This document shows, piece by piece, positions 1-7,925 of a stretch of 64,000 bases of DNA. The stretch lies in NCBI GenBank assembly GCA_964544225.1, contig CAZIZK010000001.1, positions 143,477 through 207,476 on the forward strand, given 5' to 3'. The stretch comes from an uncultured Candidatus Saccharibacteria bacterium. Its GTDB lineage: Bacteria > Patescibacteriota > Minisyncoccia > Phycocordibacterales > UBA9973. The stretch's first letter is position 1; the number at the start of each line of letters is the position of its first letter. Position numbers and translations under genes: made by a program. Under the pieces are notes generated by a model. That model made no database searches, had not been told where the DNA came from, and saw only the letters and a program-made list of their open reading frames with translations.

Positions 1-433
1 CCATCTTATGAGTGTCGTCACGCTTCTTAATAGCGATACCTTCGTTCTTTGAAGCGAGGATTAGCTCTTCAGCCAATTTGTCTGCCATAGGCTGACCCTT
101 CTTACCACGAGCTGCATCGATCATCCAACGCATTGCTAGTGCCTGACGGCGTTCTGGACGAACTTCACGAGGAACCTGGTAGTTTGCACCACCGATACGA
201 CGTGAACGTACTTCGATAAGTGGACCTGCATTCTTTATAGCTGTGTCGAATACTTCAAGAGGGTTTGGGTTACCTGTCTTCTCCTTCACAATGTCAAAGG
301 CTGTGTAGACTATCTTGCGAGCAGTCTCCTTCTTGCCATCTAGCATTATGTTGTTGATGAACTTACCCAACTTTTGAGAGTTGTAAGTAATATCTGGATC
401 AACTATATTTCTGTTTTTTACTTTTCTTCGCAT
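1..433 (-). CDS. rpsG: 30S ribosomal protein S7 (3' end truncated by window edge)
   Basis: Reverse-strand translation from ATG at 433 gives MRRKVKNRNIVDPDITYNSQ...RRIGGANYQVPREVRPERRQALAMRWMIDAARGKKGQPMADKLAEELILASKNEG, classic S7. It sits immediately downstream of rpsL (str operon order). Confidence 0.85.
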   Translation of the reverse strand, partial: MRRKVKNRNIVDPDITYNSQKLGKFINNIMLDGKKETARKIVYTAFDIVKEKTGNPNPLEVFDTAIKNAGPLIEVRSRRIGGANYQVPREVRPERRQALAMRWMIDAARGKKGQPMADKLAEELILASKNEGIAIKKRDDTHKM

Positions 434-450
434 AATATATTATTTAAAAA

Positions 451-879
451 TTATTTCTTTGCAGCAGCTTCCTTTGGACGCTTGTTACCGTAACGTGAAC
501 GAGCCTTGCGACGCTTCTCGACACCTGTGGCATCAAGACGACCACGAACTATGTGGTAACGTACTCCGATCAAGTCCTTTACACGACCACCACGTAGCAT
601 AACTACAGAGTGTTCTTGTAGATTGTGACCTTCACCTGGGATATAAGCTGTTACTTCCATACCGTTTGTCAAACGTACACGGGCGATCTTACGCAAAGCT
701 GAGTTCGGCTTCTTTGGAGTGGTTGTTGTAACTTTTGTACATACTCCACGCTTGAATGGTGATGGATAATAGATAGGCTTGTTTTTGATAGCGTTAAAGC
801 CACGAGCAAGAGCCACCGCCTTTGATTTCTTGGTGATCTTGGTTCTTCCTTTTTTTACTAATTGATTTATTGTTGGCAT
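451..879 (-). CDS. rpsL: 30S ribosomal protein S12, with an approx. 13-aa insertion in the N-terminal region
   Basis: ORF translation [12 protein letters not shown]...[67 protein letters not shown] matches S12 throughout. Confidence 0.95.
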   Translation of the reverse strand: MPTINQLVKKGRTKITKKSKAVALARGFNAIKNKPIYYPSPFKRGVCTKVTTTTPKKPNSALRKIARVRLTNGMEVTAYIPGEGHNLQEHSVVMLRGGRVKDLIGVRYHIVRGRLDATGVEKRRKARSRYGNKRPKEAAAKK

Positions 880-958
880 GTTTAATTTATGTAAAACAAA
901 ATAGCCCGTAAAAGACTAGTAGGGATACTTTACTACAAAGCTTCTAAAATTGCAAGCA

Positions 959-1651
959 TTAGTGCAACCCTGTTAATACCGAGAAGAACCAGAGGATAAA
1001 TGGTGAGAAGAATTTCCAAACAGTTAGGATAAATAGCAATAATACGAACATCCCCCATTTCTCCAAAAAGTCCTCTATATATCGCCATTTTGCGGGTAGA
1101 AAGCTGAACAATATCTTGGATCCATCCAGTGGTGGTATGGGGATAAGGTTGAACATTGCCAATACTATATTGATCAGAACGATCGACATACTGATACGGT
1201 AAAACGGGTGCATAACAGAACCCACAAATTCAGGTATCCCCAGGTGCGGTGCAAGGCGTATAAGTAATCCAAATATTATAGCCAAAGATAGGTTCGCTAA
1301 GACCCCAGCAATAGATACCCAGAATGTCCCCCATTTCTTATTGGTCAGGTTGTCGGGGTTATAAGGCACAGGGCGGGCCCAGCCTATAACAAAGCCAGCG
1401 TTGGATAGTATCAAAAGTAGCGGAAGGATAATAGACCCAAATAAATCAAGGTGTTTTATAGGGTTCAGGGTCAGCCTGCCCTGTAGGCGGGCTGTCTGGT
1501 CACCATATAGGTACGCAACATAACCGTGGGCAAATTCGTGCACCACTACAGACATAATCAATACTATTACATAAAATAATCCGTCGATCGCTTGCATAAG
1601 TGTTACGTATATGATAGCATGGCGTTTATATATGGCAAAAGTTTGTGACAT
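959..1651 (-). CDS. site-2 protease family (peptidase M50) membrane metalloprotease; start codon uncertain (1672, 1651 or 1597)
   Basis: HEXXH zinc motif in a TM helix (VVVHEFAHGYVAYLYGD), multiple TM segments, and the M50-type LDG motif (PIPPLDGSKI). The 5' end overlaps the divergent rpmB start. Confidence 0.75.
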   Translation of the reverse strand: MSQTFAIYKRHAIIYVTLMQAIDGLFYVIVLIMSVVVHEFAHGYVAYLYGDQTARLQGRLTLNPIKHLDLFGSIILPLLLILSNAGFVIGWARPVPYNPDNLTNKKWGTFWVSIAGVLANLSLAIIFGLLIRLAPHLGIPEFVGSVMHPFYRISMSIVLINIVLAMFNLIPIPPLDGSKILFSFLPAKWRYIEDFLEKWGMFVLLLFILTVWKFFSPFILWFFSVLTGLH

Positions 1652-1877
1652 AACAGGAAAGGGTTCAATCATGGCTGGGGGCTACTCCAACGTAGTTCGT
1701 GCTACCAAGTTCAACCCAACAGGCAAGGTTCGTAAATACCCGAACCTACAAAAGAAGCGCATTTATGTGCCAGAGCTAAAGAAGTACTTTACCCTTACAG
1801 TATCGACTCATGGGATAAAGACAATCAACAAGAACGGTGCCTTCTCTGCCCTAAAGAAAGCAGGTATCATAAAATAA
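1632..1877 (+). CDS. rpmB: 50S ribosomal protein L28
   Basis: MAKVCDITGKGS...RKYPNLQKKRIYVPELKKYFTLTVSTHGIKTINKNG is the canonical L28 N-terminus and body. Start chosen at the in-frame ATG at 1632, not the longer upstream ORF start. Confidence 0.85.
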   Translation: MAKVCDITGKGSIMAGGYSNVVRATKFNPTGKVRKYPNLQKKRIYVPELKKYFTLTVSTHGIKTINKNGAFSALKKAGIIK

Positions 1878-1889
1878 TCTTAAAATAAT

Positions 1890-1917
1890 AAAAGCCCTTC
1901 ATTACGAAGGGCTTTTA
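1890..1917. terminator. bidirectional intrinsic terminator between convergent rpmB and the ComEC-MBL gene
   Basis: Hairpin aaaaGCCCTTCattacGAAGGGCtttt flanked by A and T runs on both sides. Confidence 0.7.
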
Positions 1918-2778
1918 TTATTGGCAATTTATAACAATAGCGTTGCTTAAACACTCAATAGTGCCTTCATTATATGTTGCTAGGTATGGGATATTTAGTG
2001 AAGATAGTTTATCTAGGACTTCTGAGTGTGGGTGGCCGTATTGGTTATTGAGTCCTGCAGATATGATAGCCACTTGGGGTGATGTGGCCTTTAAGTATTC
2101 TAAAGAGGAAGAAGTGCGTGAGCCATGATGGCCAAGTTTTAACACATCTACATCCAAAACCTCTTTACCTTTATTCATTAGATAGAACTCTTTGCTAATA
2201 GGTGAATCGGCGGTCAGCATTATACTAGTGTTGCCATACACCAACTTACCAACTATCGATCCGTCATTGGTCTCCATATATTTCACATCACGATCTGGAT
2301 AAAGTATATCGAAATAAACATTGTGAACTGGGTCAAGCATGATACGCATACCAGCGCGACCATATATGTACGGAATATTTTTATTATTTATACTGTCTTG
2401 TAACTTTTTGTATATCTGACTCTTTGATACTCCGCCCGACTCGATAACAGTGCCCACTTGGTAAGTCTCGATAACATTTACAAGGCCACCTATATGGTCC
2501 GCATCTGGGTGTGTGCCTATCACTACATCGATACTCTTGTCGCCATATGGCATGACACTCGCAAGAGTCGGCAGAACTTTCGAGCCTCTACCCCCATCCA
2601 CCAATAACTGTGCGCCGTTGGGCGCCTCGATATATACACTGTCACCTTGGCCAATATCGAGGAACTCGACTTTCAATAAACGTTCCCGAGTATTTTGATA
2701 ATAGAAAATAAAAATCCCCAACACAAAAATGAAGAGGATTAGTATTCCTAAATATTCCTTTTTAATTCTCCTATTCAT
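1918..2778 (-). CDS. ComEC/Rec2-type metallo-beta-lactamase domain protein (C-terminal module of ComEC encoded as a separate gene), N-terminal TM anchor
   Basis: MBL motifs HPDADHIGG and LKLGHHGSRTSSS plus a VAIISAG...GHP tail typical of the ComEC C-terminal domain. N-terminal hydrophobic helix LGILILFIFVLGIFIFYY. Confidence 0.75.
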   Translation of the reverse strand: MNRRIKKEYLGILILFIFVLGIFIFYYQNTRERLLKVEFLDIGQGDSVYIEAPNGAQLLVDGGRGSKVLPTLASVMPYGDKSIDVVIGTHPDADHIGGLVNVIETYQVGTVIESGGVSKSQIYKKLQDSINNKNIPYIYGRAGMRIMLDPVHNVYFDILYPDRDVKYMETNDGSIVGKLVYGNTSIMLTADSPISKEFYLMNKGKEVLDVDVLKLGHHGSRTSSSLEYLKATSPQVAIISAGLNNQYGHPHSEVLDKLSSLNIPYLATYNEGTIECLSNAIVINCQ

Positions 2779-2779
2779 A

Positions 2780-4312
2780 TTATTCGAATTCGGTTGTTGC
2801 CGGAGGCTTTGGAGTCATGTCGATAAGTACACGAACAATATCTTTGTGTTGAGTTAGGGCACTGATGATTTCATTCATTACTTCCTCGGGGAAATAGTAC
2901 CCATTTGCTGTCATGAAGTCGACAGTCTGCACTGCACGGATAGCTATAGAGTGGCCGTAGACACGCTCGTCACCCTTTACACCTACAGAGTCGATACCGA
3001 GTATCGCTACTATTAGCTGTGATATCTCTTTGTTTAGATTATATTTCTCCAATATTTCTGTAACAGTCTTGTCGGCTTCGCGAACAATATCTAGGCGCTC
3101 TTTGGAAACTGGAGTACCCACGATGCGTAGGAATAATCCAGGCCCAGGGAAAGGGTTGCGCTCGTAAACTTCTTTTGGAAGGCCTAGAGTCTTACCCAAT
3201 TCACGAACTTCGTATTTAAATAAATGCCTGAAGGGGTGCAGGTCCGCCACATCCCAAGACAAGCCTACATTATGATGAGTCTTTATCAATACACTCTGGC
3301 CGGCCTCGCCACTCTCGATCAGGTCAGTAGCCAAAGTCCCCTGGACTATGAAGCCGGCATTGGCTTGCTTGATCTCGTTGTCAAAAATCTTCTTATAAAC
3401 TTCGCGGAATTTCGTACGCTTCTCTTGTGCGTCGATAGTTGTGGCAATATTATCGATAAATTCATTACCAGCATCAATAACTTTCAGGTTCGTAACACCA
3501 GTACTTTCCATATTCTTCTTTAGTTGTTCCACTTCACCAATACGCATACCACCTGTGTCTATGGCTACACATGTCAGGCGGTCACCCAAAACAGGGGCAA
3601 GTAATGCTGCAAGAGTTGTAGAGTCTACCCCACCGGACACACCCAATACTACGTTTTGCTTTTCAGATTTATTTACTATATCCATTACTTCATTCTGGAT
3701 CTCTTTGATCAAGTCTGTTGGATTCCAGTCAGGGGCTATGTGTGCAGTGTCTAGGAAATTCTGGATCATCTTCTTACCTTCGGTAGTATCTACGACTTCT
3801 GGGTGGAACTGTATACCCATTACCGAGTTGGCAGTGTTGGTCATAGCAGCGATACCTTTTGTTGTAGCGATAGATGTAAAGCCTGCTGGAAGCTCGGTAA
3901 CAGTGTCACCATGACTTGCCCAGACTTGTGTCTCTTTATTTACACCTATAAACAGTGGGTGTGTAGTATCTACACTTACCATAGCGGGGCCGTATTCACG
4001 GTGGCCATGTGGCCTATCAACTGTGCCACCAAGTTTATGTGCCAATAGTTGCATGCCATAACACACACCAAGGATTGGATATGAGGCCCCAGTAATATCA
4101 ATAGTTTCAGGAAGCTGTGGTGCCCCTTCGTTGTGAACGCTAAAGTTACTGCCGGAAAGTATCACAGCCTTTGGGCGGTTTGACTTGAGCCAGTTTGAGG
4201 CTTTGTCGGGTGGGAGGATGGCACTGCGTACAGATAGCTCACGAAGTGTACGCCCTATAACAAGGGTATATTGGGAGCCATAGTCAACAATTAGAACTTG
4301 GATGTCTTGCAT
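2780..4312 (-). CDS. guaA: GMP synthase (glutamine-hydrolysing)
   Basis: GATase-1 region (VLIVDYGSQYT, GVCYGMQLL, FHPEV), ATP-PPase P-loop SGGVDSTT, and C-terminal dimerisation region. Start set at MQDIQVLIV (4312); the ORF extends upstream to 4369. Confidence 0.9.
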   Translation of the reverse strand: MQDIQVLIVDYGSQYTLVIGRTLRELSVRSAILPPDKASNWLKSNRPKAVILSGSNFSVHNEGAPQLPETIDITGASYPILGVCYGMQLLAHKLGGTVDRPHGHREYGPAMVSVDTTHPLFIGVNKETQVWASHGDTVTELPAGFTSIATTKGIAAMTNTANSVMGIQFHPEVVDTTEGKKMIQNFLDTAHIAPDWNPTDLIKEIQNEVMDIVNKSEKQNVVLGVSGGVDSTTLAALLAPVLGDRLTCVAIDTGGMRIGEVEQLKKNMESTGVTNLKVIDAGNEFIDNIATTIDAQEKRTKFREVYKKIFDNEIKQANAGFIVQGTLATDLIESGEAGQSVLIKTHHNVGLSWDVADLHPFRHLFKYEVRELGKTLGLPKEVYERNPFPGPGLFLRIVGTPVSKERLDIVREADKTVTEILEKYNLNKEISQLIVAILGIDSVGVKGDERVYGHSIAIRAVQTVDFMTANGYYFPEEVMNEIISALTQHKDIVRVLIDMTPKPPATTEFE

Positions 4313-4410
4313 AAATTGATTATATGTTGAAAATGCATTATCAGCAAATTGTTTATGGGTCATTGACAATACACTTTTGTAAGGATAGACTGCAAGAAAA
4401 CAAAACAGTT

Positions 4411-4773
4411 ATGAATAAAGATATGTTTTTTCAAGCAACATTTAAGGTTACAGATAATGTTGCTCACCAATTCCAAGAATGGATGGAGAAAGATCACTTC
4501 CCCAAAATGCATGCAACAGGGTGTTTCGCTGGAGAAGTAGGTGCAATTCAAAAGTTTCTGGATATGGAGTCGGCACCGGGGTGCGTACTTATAACTTATA
4601 TACACAGACCAAAAAGCATGGATGCGTGGAAAAGATATAATATGACCCCAGCATACAGAGTAGCTCTGAAAGATGAGTTTAAAAATAAATGGGGGACGTG
4701 GATAAATATCTACATATACACCGTTGTAATGATGGTTGGATATGAAAAAGATATCCCCCATCAGATTAATTAA
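4411..4773 (+). CDS. hypothetical protein
   Basis: ORF from MNKDMFFQ; composition is protein-like and it is divergent from guaA. No recognisable motif. Confidence 0.35.
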   Translation: MNKDMFFQATFKVTDNVAHQFQEWMEKDHFPKMHATGCFAGEVGAIQKFLDMESAPGCVLITYIHRPKSMDAWKRYNMTPAYRVALKDEFKNKWGTWINIYIYTVVMMVGYEKDIPHQIN

Positions 4774-4845
4774 TTAATTATCTCCGTTGAAAGGTTCCTG
4801 AGCTTGCTTAGGGACCTTTTTTATTTAAGTGGTATAATACAAAAT

Positions 4846-5439
4846 ATGAAAAAGTACGAAATAAAAAGTTTTAATATTGGGGAGTTAAAGGGTATAAGTA
4901 GCAAGAATATCGAGGAACACTTGAAACTATACGCGGGGTATGTAAACAATGCCAACTTGATAATAGAAAAGATTGGCGAGTATATGGATGAACCCGAAAA
5001 GAACATGTATGTGATAAGCGAACTGCAACGCCGGTTCTCATTTGAGTTCAATGGTATACGTAATCATGAGTACTATTTTGCTTCACTTGCAGGTGGTGCA
5101 CACCCTCTTCCAGAAGGCTCAACTCTAAAAGCACAGATTGAAAAGCAGGCTCCCTCATTTAATACATGGCTTGCGGGATTCAAGATGCTTGCACTGACAA
5201 GGGGTGTAGGCTGGGCCGTACTATACTGGGACAAAGAAAATGCTCAGTTAACTCATGCATGGGTAGATGAACAACACCTAGGCCAACTCAATGGACTCTC
5301 CCCAATACTTATGCTCGACATGTGGGAACATTCATTCGTTGCCGACTATCAGCCATCTGGCAAGAAGCAGTATGCTGAAGACTTCTTCACCAACTTGAAC
5401 TGGGAAGTAATAGAACAGAATTTCAAAAACGCACAATAA
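4846..5439 (+). CDS. Fe/Mn superoxide dismutase
   Basis: SOD family features: N-terminal EEHLKLYAGYVNN region, HEYYF, C-terminal DMWEHSFVADYQ (compare the DVWEHAYY signature). Start is the ATG at 4846, 8 nt after a TGGTATAAT extended -10. Confidence 0.85.
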   Translation: MKKYEIKSFNIGELKGISSKNIEEHLKLYAGYVNNANLIIEKIGEYMDEPEKNMYVISELQRRFSFEFNGIRNHEYYFASLAGGAHPLPEGSTLKAQIEKQAPSFNTWLAGFKMLALTRGVGWAVLYWDKENAQLTHAWVDEQHLGQLNGLSPILMLDMWEHSFVADYQPSGKKQYAEDFFTNLNWEVIEQNFKNAQ

Positions 5440-5451
5440 TAAACTCCACTT

Positions 5452-5542
5452 CAAAAACATTCAAAAATAAATCTCTTATCCCTCTACGCTCGCAAGCTCG
5501 CTCCGGCGCGCCCACACCTAAGATTTATTTTTGAATGTTTTT
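5452..5542. repeat. perfect 22-bp inverted repeat flanking a 46-nt GC-rich core (long hairpin / MITE-like element / bidirectional terminator) between convergent sod and the comEC N-terminal gene
   Basis: Left arm aaaaacattcaaaaataaatct (5453-5474) is the exact reverse complement of the right arm agatttatttttgaatgttttt (5521-5542). The core gctcgcaagctcgctccggcgcgccca is strongly GC-rich in an AT-rich genome. Confidence 0.6.
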
Positions 5543-5672
5543 TTCGTTACGTAACCAGTACAGAACACGAAATAGTTCTTGAAAAAAGACTTGCGCAGGA
5601 GTTTAGAAAATAAACGAACAAAGTGAGTATTATTTTCTTGAACGACGAGCAGAGGAAATTTTCACCAGAAAA

Positions 5673-7013
5673 TTATACGTGCTTTTTGAAAGAAGCTATT
5701 TCGTATTCGGTGCTGGTTTTAAAAACCCAATAAATAATCAATACATAAATCGCCACGAATAATATGAGTGATAATTTTGTAATATTTAAATTGGCATATG
5801 GTAATGATGCGAATATTTCAGTGACTTTAAAAGTGTAGGCACTGCCTATGTGTGTAACATAAGAAAAAGGTAATGCCAGCGTGTTCGATAGAAGGGCTGT
5901 GCTTCCAGCGATAAAACCAAGAAGCATAAGGTATGGGATAAATGGCAATATAAGTGCATTGGCAAACAGTGACACCACCGAGAAACTTCCCATAACATAC
6001 ATAATGTACGGCACGACCATAATACTTGCCGACACAGTAGATACTATCACCTCGCGGAATCCTTTGAAATTCGGTACCCACATAAAATACTTCATGACTT
6101 TTACAGGAACCATAATGATCCCAAATGTTGCAAGTACTGATAGATGAAATGAAACATCGAAAATACTCATAGGGTTATAAACAAGCATCACAAGGCATAC
6201 GAACAATAATGCCCGCAATGCATCGTATGTGCGCCCTGTGGAACGTGCCAACAATGCTATTACAGCCATAGCCCCTGCACGCACCGCTGTAGCCGAGGCA
6301 CCTGCCATAAGGACAAACAACAATATCGCAATCCCAGCAGAAACATAAGCAATCGTTCCATACACAACGAGGCCAATAGTCCTCATCACAGCCTCGGCGA
6401 CGACCATGACATTGTACCCAGACAGTGCCACTATGTGTATTGTGCCTGTGGTGACAAAAATCTCTTTGTCCTCGTTACTTATGCCACCCTTTGCCCCGAG
6501 CAATAATCCATCCAGAAATCCTGCATCACGCATGGGTAAAATATTAAAAAGTGAATCCTCGAATTTATTTCGGATAAAAAATAAACCTTTCTTTAACCTA
6601 CTACCACCCTCACCCACCTTTTCAAATTTAGCATTTTTGATAATAAAAAAAGTATCATAAACTTTTAGATACTTTACATAGTCGAACTCTTTCCCTGTAT
6701 TGGTTATAAAATTCTCAGGCAGTGTTAAGACCCCTTCGACCCTAACTACGTCACCGTATTTATATTTGAAAGATTCATTGTCTTTGTATACAGGAACAAT
6801 AATATTAAAATCGGTACCCACTGGGGTAACTGTATACCGTACCTGAGTGTCCCTTGTGTCTGGGTAGTCAGACACCTGTGCTGTAAAAGTAACACTACTG
6901 CCTACTGATTTATAGAATTTATCAGGAGGTGTAGGTAAAAAGTAAAAACCCCGAATTATTATAATAAGTATAAGTATACAAACTATTACAATTTCTTTTG
7001 TGTAGCTGCGCAT
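5673..7013 (-). CDS. ComEC/Rec2 N-terminal module (DUF4131-like plus polytopic competence domain) encoded separately from its MBL domain
   Basis: N-terminal TM helix plus an OB-like soluble region, then 8-10 TM helices with ComEC competence-domain character (IHIVALSGYNVMVVAEAV, FHLSVLATFGII). Confidence 0.7.
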   Translation of the reverse strand: MRSYTKEIVIVCILILIIIIRGFYFLPTPPDKFYKSVGSSVTFTAQVSDYPDTRDTQVRYTVTPVGTDFNIIVPVYKDNESFKYKYGDVVRVEGVLTLPENFITNTGKEFDYVKYLKVYDTFFIIKNAKFEKVGEGGSRLKKGLFFIRNKFEDSLFNILPMRDAGFLDGLLLGAKGGISNEDKEIFVTTGTIHIVALSGYNVMVVAEAVMRTIGLVVYGTIAYVSAGIAILLFVLMAGASATAVRAGAMAVIALLARSTGRTYDALRALLFVCLVMLVYNPMSIFDVSFHLSVLATFGIIMVPVKVMKYFMWVPNFKGFREVIVSTVSASIMVVPYIMYVMGSFSVVSLFANALILPFIPYLMLLGFIAGSTALLSNTLALPFSYVTHIGSAYTFKVTEIFASLPYANLNITKLSLILFVAIYVLIIYWVFKTSTEYEIASFKKHV

Positions 7014-7444
7014 GTTGTAGCTATAACATCGGCACGTTCATTGTGTACATGGCCCGAATGGCCCTTTACCTTTGCCCAAGATAGTTTACCCTCATATGCT
7101 CGAGTAAGGGCTAGTAATTCCTGCCATAGGTCCTGATTCAATACCGGCTTCTTGTCGGCCTTCTTCCAGCCGTTCTTCTCCCAGTTGAATACCCACATAG
7201 TAATGCCACCGAGTACATAGGCTGAATCGGCATGGATAACAACATGATTGATCTTATGAGAAATAATATATTTAACCGATTCGATAACTGCCTGAAGCTC
7301 CATCCTGTTATTGGTTGTTTGTTTATCGTGGCCACCGAGCTCGTGTATAACATTGTCCCCTGATACAACCACCGCACCGAAGCCACCAGGACCCGGATTG
7401 CCTAGTGAACTGCCGTCTGTAAATATTTCTGTTTTTTCTTGCAT
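6986..7444 (-). CDS. rnhA: ribonuclease HI
   Basis: IFTDGSSLGNPGPGGFG, NNRMELQAV, HADSAYV and KVKGHSGHVHNERAD are the RNase H catalytic D/E/D/D motifs. Confidence 0.9.
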   Translation of the reverse strand: MQEKTEIFTDGSSLGNPGPGGFGAVVVSGDNVIHELGGHDKQTTNNRMELQAVIESVKYIISHKINHVVIHADSAYVLGGITMWVFNWEKNGWKKADKKPVLNQDLWQELLALTRAYEGKLSWAKVKGHSGHVHNERADVIATTCAATQKKL

Positions 7445-7536
7445 TGTTTTATTGTACCAGAAATTGTGTGTAATATAAAAAAAGACGACCTCGCGTGAGC
7501 AAGGCCGTTTAAAATGGGTTTAATAAAAAATTAATT

Positions 7537-7881
7537 TTACCAAGACGTGAGGTCAGGGGAAAGTTTTTGATTTAAAATTCTTTTAATCTCAAACAGGTTT
7601 AACCCAGGGATTATTGTTTTCCCTTTCAAAAATGATTCTGTCGCCTTAAGTTGCTTTTTGGAATCTATTTTTTCTAAATTAGATTCGAAAGCTTTTTTTA
7701 CGATTTCAAATTCAGCAGTTTTTCTTTTACCTTGCTCAGACAGAATATAAAGGATTTTAATCATTTCTTCAAGACGTTTTGGTACATCTTTCATTAAACT
7801 CTCTGCGGGAGTAGTTTGTTGTTTGATTGCCATTTTAGCCTTGTTTCTGTTGCGAATAATAATTTCATGTTGTCTTGGCAT
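7537..7881 (-). CDS. hypothetical protein
   Basis: 114-aa ORF tightly upstream of recJ on the same strand; no recognisable motif. Confidence 0.4.
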   Translation of the reverse strand: MPRQHEIIIRNRNKAKMAIKQQTTPAESLMKDVPKRLEEMIKILYILSEQGKRKTAEFEIVKKAFESNLEKIDSKKQLKATESFLKGKTIIPGLNLFEIKRILNQKLSPDLTSW

Positions 7882-7925
7882 TTTTAAAAAATAAGTGTTT
7901 GTTTGCCTACATATTAGACGAGAAT

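Noticed and set aside
1611-1672. Coding overlap of divergent rpmB and the M50 protease N-terminus.
   Set aside because: It most likely reflects an over-extended M50 ORF. Internal Met codons at 1651 or 1597 give a sensible start, and L28 begins at the canonical MAKVC.
4360-4761. 133-aa minus-strand ORF overlapping the 4411-4773 plus-strand ORF.
   Set aside because: Cys/His/Phe-rich antisense-type composition and no upstream expression signals. The plus-strand frame looks more protein-like, though itself low confidence.
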